Positions 38,700 to 50,600 of a stretch of DNA of 64,000 bases are shown here, piece by piece; position 1 is the stretch's first letter, and each line of letters begins with the position of its first letter. The notes under the pieces were generated by a model. It did no database searches, had not been told where the DNA came from, and saw only the letters and a program-made list of their open reading frames with translations. Source of the DNA: Azolla caroliniana (taxonomy: Eukaryota > Plantae > Polypodiophyta); contig JBHGNT010000020.1 in NCBI GenBank assembly GCA_043228905.1, positions 3,968,001-4,032,000 on the forward strand, in the 5' to 3' direction. The position numbers and the translations under genes are program-made.

Positions 38700-40332
38700 G
38701 TGGGGGGCTTTGCTTGTTCCGGTTTTTCTAAATAAACAAACCACTTTGTGTGGCTTGTCATATGGTTTGACGCTCCGGAATCAACATAGCATACCTCATT
38801 CGGTTTCGAGGTTCTTGTCTTCATCGAATTGGCTTTGTGTTTCATCACAAAAGCCGGGCCCAATCCATGTCCAGAACTGGATCCTTCTGGTCTCTCCGCG
38901 TAGTGCGAGCTTTGTCGATTTCCCCGACCGGCCTTGTCGGATCCGGATTTGTCCGAATTAGCGCGCTTCTTCCAACACTCGCTCTCCTTGTGGCCCTTCC
39001 AGCCACAGTACCAACATTCCGTTGCGGTCTTCTCTTGCCAGTTTCCGGCACCTCTTTGACTCCCCATGCTTGTGGAGGGTCTGGAACTGTTGTCGGCACC
39101 ATCATTGTGCTTCCGATTTCGCTCTTTTTGGCCGCTTCCATTGTGTACCGATTTGCCTCATCCACCACGATCGCGGGCCCGATCTGCCTTCGTGTACAAC
39201 ATCCTATTGTTGGTGTGCTTGCTCGTTGATGCACCCACGTGGTTCTCCTCTACTAGGAGTATCGACTGTAAGTCGAAAAACAAGGGCATATTCTCCCTTG
39301 TACAAAACGCCGTCCGGAATGCTCCGAACTTTGACACCAGGCCCCTGAGACAAACCTGCACCATCTCATCTTCCTCGATGGTCACGTTGATAGAGGCAAG
39401 TGAGTCGCAAATGTCTTTGATCTGGGTCGTGTAGTCAGCCACCGACATGTCCTTTTGTTGAACATTTCTCAACTCTTGTCGGAGTTGCAGCTTCCGGGCC
39501 GTGGTGCTTGAGATGAAGACCTTCAAGTTTGCCCAAGCTTCCTTCTGCGTCTTGGTGTCCTGGATATGGCTCAGTAGCTGATCGCCAAAACTAGACGCAA
39601 AGCAATACATAACTCTGCTTGTTCCCAAGTCAGGAAGTCCTTGTGTGTGGCATCAGGCGCTGAATCGTTAGCTCCGTCGACATAACTCCAGTAATAGTGC
39701 CCGAGTAGGTACTGGTGCATCTTGTACGACCAAGATGCATAGTTGGATCTGTCGAGCTTCTTCATCGGGAGCACGCTAGCCTTTCCTTGGTCCATATTTT
39801 CCTTCTGTCTGTTCTTTACTTGGTGTTAGGGTTTCTCTTCAGAAATCGCTCGTCGGCTACAGAGGTTCTCAACCCTCACGCTCTGATATCACGTAGAAGT
39901 GAATATGCGGAAGCTAAGACACAACCGGGTCATCTGGACAGCAACAGAATACAGACACAAGTTTAATGGAAAACTTACACAAGAGAGAGAGAGAGACAGA
40001 GTTAGAGTAGAACACACTCAATTCAAAAATAATAACACTTTGTGTGTACATATAATGTGCTCAGTGAGAACTTTTATGCAAGTTCTTACACGGACTAACA
40101 GAAATACTAACAACTACTTCAATTCTCATACGAGCGACTGACACTGACTCCCAATCATATTCATACGTACTAGGCTAGATTCGTAGGCCTCTAACGGTCT
40201 ACCGGTTCCAATCCGATCCAGCTCCTAATTCTGGTTAACATCCAGACAACGATCCAGCTCTTCATTCTGGGCACCGATCCGGCTTTGGCTTATTTAGCCG
40301 ATCCGGATTCGGTCGATCTTGTTCTTTCAACA
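38700..40332 (-). mobile_element. 3'-truncated Copia: 5' LTR 39892-40332, degenerate PBS, gag and protease
   Basis: PBS TGATATCAGAGC; KLDRSNYASWSYKM, CWYCGWKGHKESEC, YVDSGASNHM; related to the element at 41096. Confidence 0.85.
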
Positions 40333-40759
40333 CTAGATCCGGATCAGTATCCGAAGCGGAGAACCGGATTGGTGTTTGGATAGATCTGTATCCGAAACCT
40401 AGAGTCGGAACGGGGAACTGGATCGTACTTTGGAATAGTGAGAACCAATAGGCCGTTGGGGCCTACGGTTTGATCCTAGTACGTAGGCATATTACTTGGA
40501 GTTAGTGTCAGTCGCTTGTATGAGCATTTAAGTACATGTCAGTACTTCTGTCAGTCCTTTAAAGGACTTGTATAAAAAGTGTTCTGCAGGACAGTTGTAT
40601 GTACAACGTGTTATTATTTTTTGAATTGAGTTTATGTTGTTCTGCTCTCTGTCTCTGTCTCTCTCGTGTATTCAAGCTTTCCATTAAACCTCTGTTCTGT
40701 GTTATGTTGTTATCCGGAATAGCCGGTTTTGTCTTAGCTTCTGCACAATATCTTGTACA
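40333..40759 (+). mobile_element. Related LTR fragment in opposite orientation
   Basis: Shares reverse-complement blocks with 39892-40200 (gtgtcagtcgct.gtatgag, ttattatttttgaattgag, tttccattaaac, gtcttagcttc). Confidence 0.7.
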
Positions 40760-41095
40760 ACCTTGTTGTCAACCATCCGGTCGGCATGACTAGTTGGTCC
40801 TATCTTCAACCTGGATCACATTTGCAAAACTATCGACTCACCATGACATTGACTATCGGCTCCCAGCCCGACCAGTCGGCTCCTCCCATAGGAGGGACAT
40901 ATTCCTAACAATAAGGAACCTTGGTCATGAATTCCTTGTCCTCATCAAATGTGGGGCAATCACACGTGCTCAACTTTACATATGTCGGCAATGGAGTGCT
41001 CAATGGCTTTGCATTCTCCATATTAAACCTCTTGAGTACTTTGGATATGTACTCAGCCTGAGACAAGTAAATACATAGTTTACTCCTATCACAAG

Positions 41096-44000
41096 TGTTG
41101 AGCGGCAAGCTCAACCGGAGCCGGATCGGCTGAATAAGCCGGAGCCGGTAAGCGAGACGGATCGGGCGAAACGGATCGGTATGACGGTGAGCAACCGAAC
41201 CGGCAAGCAGTAGAAGCCGGGTGCAATCCGTAACCGGCAGTCCAATCGGAAGCCTAGTATAGGATAGACTACTAGGTAGCTATAGTCTCGTAGTAAGTAT
41301 CAGATGCTCGTGTGAGCATTGAAGTACATGGTACTTCTGTCAGTCCCAAGAGGACTTGTATAAATAGTGCTACTTAGCACAGTGTGTATACAGAGTCTTG
41401 ATATAATTTTGAAATTACGTTCTGCTCTCTCTGTCTCTCTCTCTCTCTCTCTCTGTGTTGTTCTCTGTTTTACGCTTCCGCAAACACTCACGTTTACATG
41501 GTATCAGAGCGCGAGGGTTGAGAACCTCTGCTGCAGACATTTACTCTTGAGAAGAAAATCCTAACAGGTCGAAAACAGACACAGTAGAAGACATGGATAG
41601 AGGCATGGCTACGTCGCTCCCGGTGGAGAAGCTCGACAGGAGCAACTACGCATCCTGGTCTTACAAGATGCACCAGTACCTGCTTGGACACGGGTACTAG
41701 AGTTATGTCGAAGGAGTGAATGATGCGGCACCCGACTCGGCACACAAGGACTTCCCGGTATGGGAACAGGTGGCAAGCAGGGTGATGTACTGCTTCGCGT
41801 CCAGTGTCGGCGATCAGCTGCTCAGCCACATCCGTGACGCCAAGACACCGAAGGATGCTTGGGGGAACCTGAAAAAGGTTTTCGCCACAAGCACCACTGC
41901 CCGGAAGCTGCAACTCAGATAGGAGTTGAGCAATGTTCGACAGAAGAACATGTCCGTGGCAGACTACACGGGCCGGATAAAGGAGATCTGCGACTCGCTC
42001 GCCTCTATCAATGTTACTGTAGAGGAAGACGAGATGGTGCAGGTATGTCTCGGAGGCCTGGCGTCCAAGTTCGGAGCGTTTCGGACTGCGGTGTGTACAA
42101 GGGAGAATACGCCCTCATTCTTCGACTTACAGTTGATGCTCCTTGTAGAGGAGAACCACGCCGGTGCATCTACCAGTGCATCCCCGGACAACCGAATGTT
42201 GTACGCGGGAACGGATCGGTTCCGTGGGCGTGGTGGAAGAGGAGGTTCGGCACGCAATAGAGGCGGCCGGCAAGAGCAGGAACGGAGGCACTATGAGTGT
42301 GCCGACAACAGTTCCGGGACTTCCACAAGCAGGGGGAGTCAAGGCAGTGCCGGAGGCCGGCAAGACAAATCCGCTACAAAATGCTGGTACTGTGGCAAAA
42401 AAGGCCACAGGGAAAGCGAGTGCTAGAGAAAGCGTGTCGATTCGGACAAATCCGGATCCGGCAAGACCGGTAAGGATGGCTAGCAAAACTCGCACTACGC
42501 AAACGGATTAGGAGGATCCAGAACCAGAAAGGCCGGTAAGGGGCCAGCCTTGGTGATGAATCACAAGGCAAACTCAATGAAGAAGACCACTTCCAAAACG
42601 GAGGAAGTGTGGTATGTTGATTCCGGCACGTCGAACCACATGACGAGCCACAAAGAGTGGTTCTCCTTTCTGGAGAAACTGGATCGACTAGGAGTAGTCG
42701 AAACCGGAGACGACACTCCTCACCCAATCGTGCACGTCGGAGAAGTCCCTCTAAGCCACGTCGGATAGAAAGGGAAGCTGATGAACGTATTACACGTTCC
42801 GACAATCACGAAGAACCTGGTGTCCGTCGGTCAGATTGTCGACCAGGGGATGCAGGTGCGGTTTACGCACCTCGGGTGCTTCATTGAGGATGAGGGCGAA
42901 GTCATTGCGCAAGGGCGCAGAGACGGGAGGATGTTTATCCTCAACACCAATGACTTTGGCACCGCTCTGTTCGCGAAACGACAGAAGGTCGAGTCGGACA
43001 TCGACCTGTGGCACAAGCGGATAGGCCACGTCAACTATCGGAGGCTTCAAGACCTGCAAATGAAACAAGTCGTTTTTGGTTTGCCGAAGTTCAGCGGCCG
43101 GAGAGCCGAAATCTGTGAAGCCTGCCAACTTGGGAAGCAACACCGGCTTCCATTCCCCACTGAACGGAACTGGAGCCGTAACAAGCTCGATCTCATCCAT
43201 TCGGATGTGTGGGGACTGGCACAAAGTGTAAGCCTTGGCGGGAGCCAATACTTCGTCTCCTTCATCGACGACTATACTCGACATACTTGGATCTACCTCA
43301 TTGAGCGGAAGAGCGAAGTCTTCGACTGTTTCCGGAGCCTCCAGAAGATGGTGGAACGGGAATCGGAGAGGAAGATCAAATGCCTTTGGTCGGATGGCGG
43401 AAAGGAATATTTTTCCGGCCAATTCACTAGTTATCTGCAGCAGAAGGGAATTCGGCGAGAGTTCAGCTGCAGATACACACCGGAGCAAAACGGTGTGGCC
43501 GAAAGGAAGAACCGGACACTCGTCGAAGCGGCAAGGGCAATGCTGGAGGAGAAGAGCATGCCTCGGTTCTACTGGGCAGAGGCGGTCCGAATGGCCGTCT
43601 ACATACAAAACCGAATTGGTGACAAGGTGTCAACTCATGAGCTGTATTTCGGGCGCAAGCCGAACTTAAGACACCTTCCGATATTCGGCAACATAGCGTA
43701 TGTGCATGTGCCGGATCAGAAGCGGAGAAAGCTGGATGCAAAATCGGAAAAATGCATCCTAGTCGGCTATGCTCAAGAGCAAAAGGGGTATAAGTGCTAT
43801 AACCCCCAGACGAAGGAAGCCCGAGTTAGCCGGGATGTCGAGTTCGATGAATCGGCATCCTGGTACTCCGTACTGACTCCGACTTCCGATCCCGACCCAA
43901 TGTCGGAAGATCAAGCCAGTGAGCCTGAATCAGCCCTGGCAGAGGATGATGAAGCCGGGACTCAAGATGAGAGTCCGGAATCGTTACGGTTGAGTGGACC

Positions 44001-47000
44001 TAACGAGTGACTGAGTCAGTTGGACCGGTCGGATGAAGAGACGGCAAGTGGTGGAGACTCTGTCGTGCTCTCCCCACGCAAGGAACCGAGGAAACGGTTC
44101 ACGCGCAAAGAGAAAGGGAAGAGGAAGATGCCGGAATTCGAAACCGGCAACGATGAGTCGGATCAGTGCGTATCCGACTCCGGAAAGGAGAAAGGTGGAT
44201 CTTCGGCAACGAAGACCGAACTGGCCAAGAAGGGCCCCAAATCAGGTGACAGTGCGTTGCGCCGATCAACCCGCCAGAAGGATCCTGTCATGTGGTACGG
44301 GTACAATGAATACATGGCGCATCACTATGCGTACATGACTAAGGTGACAGAAGTGCGTGAGCCGGAGAGCTACGCAGAAGCGGCAAAGGACGCAAATTGG
44401 CGTGCCGCTATGGACGAAGAAATGCGGGCACTAGATGCCAACGAAACTTGGGACCTAGTTGATCCTCCCCGTCACTGTAAACCGATCGGATGCAAGTGGG
44501 TGTACAAGGTCAAGTACAACGTTGACGGTTCTGTTAACTGGTACAAAGCCCGGTTAGTGGCGAAGGGATACGCGCAGACCCACGGAATCGACTACGACGA
44601 GACCTTCGCTCCTGTGGCGAAGATGACGACGGTTCGTGTGGTACTGGCGGTTGCTGTGGCAAGGGGGTGGCATCTTCACTAGATGGATGTGAAGAACGCC
44701 TTCCTTCAAGGAGAGCTTGAAGAAGAAGTCCTTATGACTCAGCCCCCCGGATTTCAATCGGAGATGAACAAGTCGGTGGTATGCCGACTGAAGAAGTCAC
44801 TTTACGGCTTGAAGCAAGCCCCCTGAGCTTGGAACGAGAAGATCACGCACCGGTTGCGTAAGCTGGGGTTTGCTGTCTCTAAGTCGGACTCTTCGTTGTT
44901 CATCCGGCTAGGCTTTGACGGTCCGGTATGTATACTCTTGTATGTGGATGATTTAGTCATCACCGGACCGGGTCTTCCTGAAATCAACCGCGTCAAGTCC
45001 CAGTTGTCGGACGCATTCGAAATGAAGGACCTGGGGGACCTTCATTATTTTCTTGGGATCAAAGTGATCCGGACCCCCGACGGCATATTGCTCTCACAAC
45101 GACATTACGTGTTGAATATGCTGTATAAGTTCGGCATGACGGATTGCCGACTTGTCTCCACACCCTTGGACCGGAACCAAAAGCTCTGTCCCAACTCCGG
45201 ACCGGCCTGCAATGAGAAATGGTTCCGACAGGTTGTCGGAAGCCTGATCTACTTAACCATCACCCGCCCCGACATCAGCTATCCGGTCGGCATGGTAAGT
45301 CAGTTCATGCAGAAGCCGACCATGGAGCACCTTCAGTGCGCGCAACGAATATTACGGTATGTCAGCGGCACTAAGAACCGGGGACTGCTATACCGGCGAG
45401 GTATACCCGAAGAGCTTGTCGGTTACAAAGATGCTGACTGGGCCGGCGATGCGTCTGATCGCCGCTCCACTTCCGAATACATGTTCTCCATAGGTAGCGC
45501 GGCCGTTGCGTGGAGCAGCAAGAAGCAACCCACAGTGGATTTGTCAAGCACTGAGGCTGAGTACCAGGCTGCTACCGTTGCCACTTGTGAAGCCATCTGG
45601 CTTCGGCGACTGCTGCAAGACTTGCGGATCGAGGTACCGACCCCGATCCCGATTTACTGCGATAACATGAGCAACCTGTAGCTCGCCAGGAACCCTGTGT
45701 TCCATGCTCGCACAAAGCACATCGAGGTGCACTACCACTTCGTGCATGAGCGGGTTCTGAGCGGTGAAGTTGACCTACGGTATGTTCATACGGATCGGCA
45801 GGTTGCCGACATCTTCACCAAGCTGCTCGGATCGGACAAGTTGCAGCACTTTACCGACATGCTTGGTATTCAGCATCTCGACGTGCCGCACTTGAGGGGG
45901 AGAAGCAAGGGCAAAGTCTCTACCGAAATGGGCAAAGGCCAAAACATTGTTGAACCCGTCGGTAAGAGGAGAGCCGGAAGAAGAGGAGACAAGAAGATGA
46001 AGGAAGCTGAGTCGACGAAGGAAGTCGACACATCCGAACTGGTCGGGGCAAGCGGCTGTGAAGAAGAGTTGTGCACTCAGGAAGAGAAGTGCATGCTGTG
46101 CGGAGGTCATCACGATGGTACTGACCATGATGCGGAGTCGAATGAAGAATTCGATTTCGGTTCACCGGCTGAAGAAGCCGAGGGAAGCATGGAGAAGGCC
46201 AAGACTCGGAAGTGGTCCGATGTGGTGAGAGGCCTGAAGCCGGAAGTCGAATCGGAGTGTACCGATTCGGACAAGAGCTCGAACGAGTCGGAGACAGCTG
46301 ACTCGGATCAACAGATGGATCCGGACGAGTCGGATCAACTAAAGGCCAAGAGGACACGGACACAGCGGAAGTCGATGCCATCGTGGGAGAACCGACGGAT
46401 CGGCAAGCGCCAGAGTCACAGCAACGTGAGTGCTGAGATGGGCCTATTGAGCAGACATGCCGACCGAGAGGGTCGAGGCGCGCAGAACCAAAGGGGTCGC
46501 GGCAAACGGGACCGGACCGGACGATAGAGCGCGAGCAAGGCGGAGTGACGCCAGGAGGAGTCGGTTGAAAGAACCGACTGCCACAGAGGTCGACACTACG
46601 ACCCCACCTCAGGTTGAGCTTGAGGGGGAGTGTTGAGCGGCAAGCTCAACCGGAGCCAGATCGGCTGAATAAGCCGGAGCCGGTAAGCGAGACGGATCGG
46701 GCAAAACGGATCGGTATGACGGTGAGCAACCGAACCGGCAAGCAGTAGAAGCCGGGTGCAATCCGTAATCGGCAGTCCAATCGGAAGCCTAGTATAGGAT
46801 AGACTACTAGGTAGCTATAGTCTCGTAGTAAGTGCCAGATGCTCGTGTGAGCATTGAAGTACATGATACTTTTGTCATTCCCAAGAGGACTTGTATAAAT
46901 AGTGCTACTTAGCACAGTGTGTATACAGAGTCTTGATATAATTTTGAAATTACATTCCGCTCTCTCTGTCTCTCTGTCTGTCTCTCTCTCTCTGTGTTGT

Positions 47001-47037
47001 TCTCTGTTTTACGCTTCCGCAAACACTCACGTTTACA
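41096..47037 (+). mobile_element. Full-length degenerate Ty1/Copia (element C); LTRs 41096-41498 and 46631-47037; TSD ACAAG
   Basis: ACAAG at 41091-41095 and 47038-47042; PBS TGGTATCAGAGC at 41499; PPT gagcttgagggggag; gag-pol from 41593 with many in-frame stops. Confidence 0.96.
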
Positions 47038-47667
47038 ACAAGTAATACGCATACCAAGAATATGTTTTGCGTCTCCCAAATCCTTCATGTCAAAAGTCTG
47101 ACTCAAGTTTTTCTTCAAAAAGGATATCTCACCCTTGTTTTTACCAATGATAAGCATGTCATCAACATAGAGTATCAACATAATAGAACTCTCATTTGAA
47201 CATTTTTTCGTATAAAGACAAGGATCTTCATAAAAGCATCAAACTTTTGGTACCACAATCTTGGGGACTACTTAAGCCCATACGTACAAGCTCTTCTTGA
47301 GTTTACATACCAAGTATTATTTTCTTGAGACTTCATAACCTTTTGGTTGTTCCATATAGATCTCCTCATCAAGATCCCCATGTAAGAAAGCAATATTTAC
47401 ATCCATTTGGACTAATTCTAAGTCTTGATTCATAGCCAATGCAAGCAACATACGCAATGTAGTCATCTTAACTACAAGAGAGAAAATCTCATCAAAATCA
47501 ACTCCTTGTTCTTGCTTGAAACCTTTTGCTACCAAGCGTGCTTTGTATTTTGGAGAAGTCCTATCATATGTATATTTATACTTGTACACCCACTTGCATG
47601 GTAATGCTTTCCTATCCTTAGGCAAAGGTACTAAATCCTTTTACTACCAAGTGTGCTTTGTAGTTTG

Positions 47668-50600
47668 TGTCGAGAATCGTGACCGGCCACAACCGGTCTC
47701 GCATTCGGATGTTCAGGTGGAGGGAACGTAAAATAGAATGCACTCAAACAGAGTATGAAAACAGAAATAGCACAAGAGACAGAGACACACAATTTTAACG
47801 TGGAAACCCGAAATGGAAAAACCACGGGGGTCCAGAAACCCCGAGAAACAGAATCACTATGCTAAAAGGAGGAGTACAACTAGAAGCTCTGAGGCAACGA
47901 CCTCGAGATTCTACTTCGTCAACAGATGGCTATTGAGTTACACACGCTCTCACTCTCACTCACTTACAATTAGACCGTTGCACGGGCAACGACCTTCTCA
48001 GTAGCCCTTTTAACAACTACGCATAATAATAATAACATTATGATTTCCCTAAGTATTTATACTAGTACACCTTTTGGGTTATTTACAAGTGTAGCCCATA
48101 AGGCATATTTAGACTATTTACAAGTATAGTCTTCCGAGTTGGCTGTCTACACGATTTCGGTTTTGGCCTCGGCCTATCGACTTTGGTTGAGTTTCTCATC
48201 AACTCGGCTCTTCTCTTCCCATCTGGGGGGACCCGTTTCCTAACAAAATCCCCCTTCACTCCAACATGGGGTACTGTACCAATCCGATCTTCCGTCGGCA
48301 CGCGCTCAACTTTTCGGCTGGTAACACTTTAGTCAACATATCTTATCCATTTTCGGCTGTGTGGACCTTCACTAGAGCGAACTCCCTTTCTTCTACCCTC
48401 TCCAAGAGCCAATGATACCTCCGTTGGATGTGCTTTGTCCTCGAGTGGTAGGCGGCATTTTTTGCAAGGTGGATGACACTCTGATTATCACAATAGAGTC
48501 GGAATTCTTCTTGCCAAATTCCTAGCTCACTGATAAACTCCTTCATCCATACAATTTCCTTGTCGGCTTCCGCCGCGACCATGTACTCGCCACGTCCTTC
48601 TGCAATCTCGATTTCCACGAGACAGCCCCCCCTACATACCTCATTACGTATCCGGATGTGGATCGGCTGGTATCTGCATCAGCCCACATGTCAGAATTCG
48701 TGTAGCCTTCCAATGTGGGGTTACCTAAGCCGAAACGAAGACACACGCTCGAGGTGCCTCTCAGGTACCGAAATATCCATTTCACGGCAGCCCAATGCTC
48801 TTTCCCGGGATTGCTCATATATCGGCAGACCACTCCGACGGCGTATCCAATGTCCGGCCTGGTACACACCATTGCGTACATCAGGCTTCCAACTGCCGAG
48901 GCATAGGGGACTTTTGACATGTCAGCCTTTTCGGTTTTCGATTTCGGACATTGATCTTTACTCAACTTGCACTTCGTCGGCAGTGTTGAGCCAACCGGTT
49001 TCGCGCCTTCCATGCCGAATCTCTGGAGCACCTTTGTCACATATTTCTCCTATGACAGCCATAGCAATTTCTTTGTTCTATCCCGAACAATGTGCATACT
49101 CAGGATTTGCTTTGCCGGACCCATATCCTTCATCGAGAATGACTCGTTCAAGGCCTTCTTTAGTGCTCGGATCTTCATATGGTCCCGTCTGACAATAAGC
49201 ATATCTTCCACATACAACAAAAGGATGAGGAAATCTCCTCCATCGAACTTCTTCACAAATACGCAGTGATCGGCCTACGTTTTGTGGTACCCGTTTTCGG
49301 TCATGAAGGATTCAAATTTTCGGTACCATTGCCGTGGAGCCTGCTTCAACCCATACAGGCTCTTCCTCAATCGGCATACCAGGTTTTCTTTACCTTTCAT
49401 TACGAATCCTTCCAGTTGTTGCATATATATCTCCTCTTTGAGATCTCCATGCAGAAACGCCGTCTTGACATCCAATTGTTTGACTTCGAGATCCATGTTG
49501 GCTGAAATCCACGCCCTTCTTCTGTTGAAATCCTTTTACGACAATTCGTGCTTTGTATCTGGGTAGATTTCGGCCATCTCCTGGTTTCAACTTGTATACC
49601 CACTTATTTTGGAGTGCATTCTTCCCCTTTGGCAACTCGGTCAGTTCATATGTGTGGTTCTCATGCAAGGAATCCATCTCCTCTTGCATGACACGTAACC
49701 GCTCTCGGTTGTGGGTATCTTTCTTAGCTTCTTCGAAGCTTTCCGGCTCCCCCTCATCGATTAGCAGTACGTGTTCTTCATCCGGAAATCTTCGAGGGGC
49801 TCTTCGCTCTCTAAGGGGGTTTCTTCGGCGTGTGTTCGGTACGATTAGTTCGTCTTCAACCTCTTCGTCCGAGTCGATTTCGGTTCCTCGTTCAGCCGAC
49901 TCCCCTTGATCATCAGTCGTTTCTCGATTTTGCCGAGTATTAGATCGAACGACTGGTTCGGGTTCGATTTCGATCAAACCGTCATCTACATGATCCAACC
50001 GAGCATTGACTCGGCTCGATTTGGTGGTTGGAGACTTTTTCTCGTTCTCCCAATCAATCATTGTCTTCTCCTCCATGAAGAGAATGTCTTGGCTCCTTAT
50101 CACCTTTTTCTCGGCTAACTCCCATAGCCGATAGCCGAACTCATCATCACCATAATCGAGAAATATGCACGACCGAGATTTCGGGTCTAATTTCCCCCTC
50201 TGGTCCTTTGCTACATGGACAAAAGCAAGACAAACGAACACCCTCAAATGTCGGTACGGCATGTCTTTGCCACTCCACACCCATTGTGGAATATCACCAT
50301 CCAAGGGTACTAAGGGTGATCGGTTTATCACATATGCTGTTGTCATTAGCGCCTCAGCCCAGAACATTTTCGGTAATTTCGCATGTACAAGCATGCTTTG
50401 GACTCTCTCCATTATGGTCTGATTCATTCTCTCAGCCAGCCCATTTAGCTCTGGTGTTTTTGGCACGGTATACTCAACCCGGATTCCTTCTTTTCGGCCA
50501 TATTCTTCGAACGGTCCACGGTACTCTCCGCCATTGTCCGCTCGGACTGCCTTCAACTTATGACTGGTTTCTCTCTCGGCCCTCACTTGGAACTCTTTGA

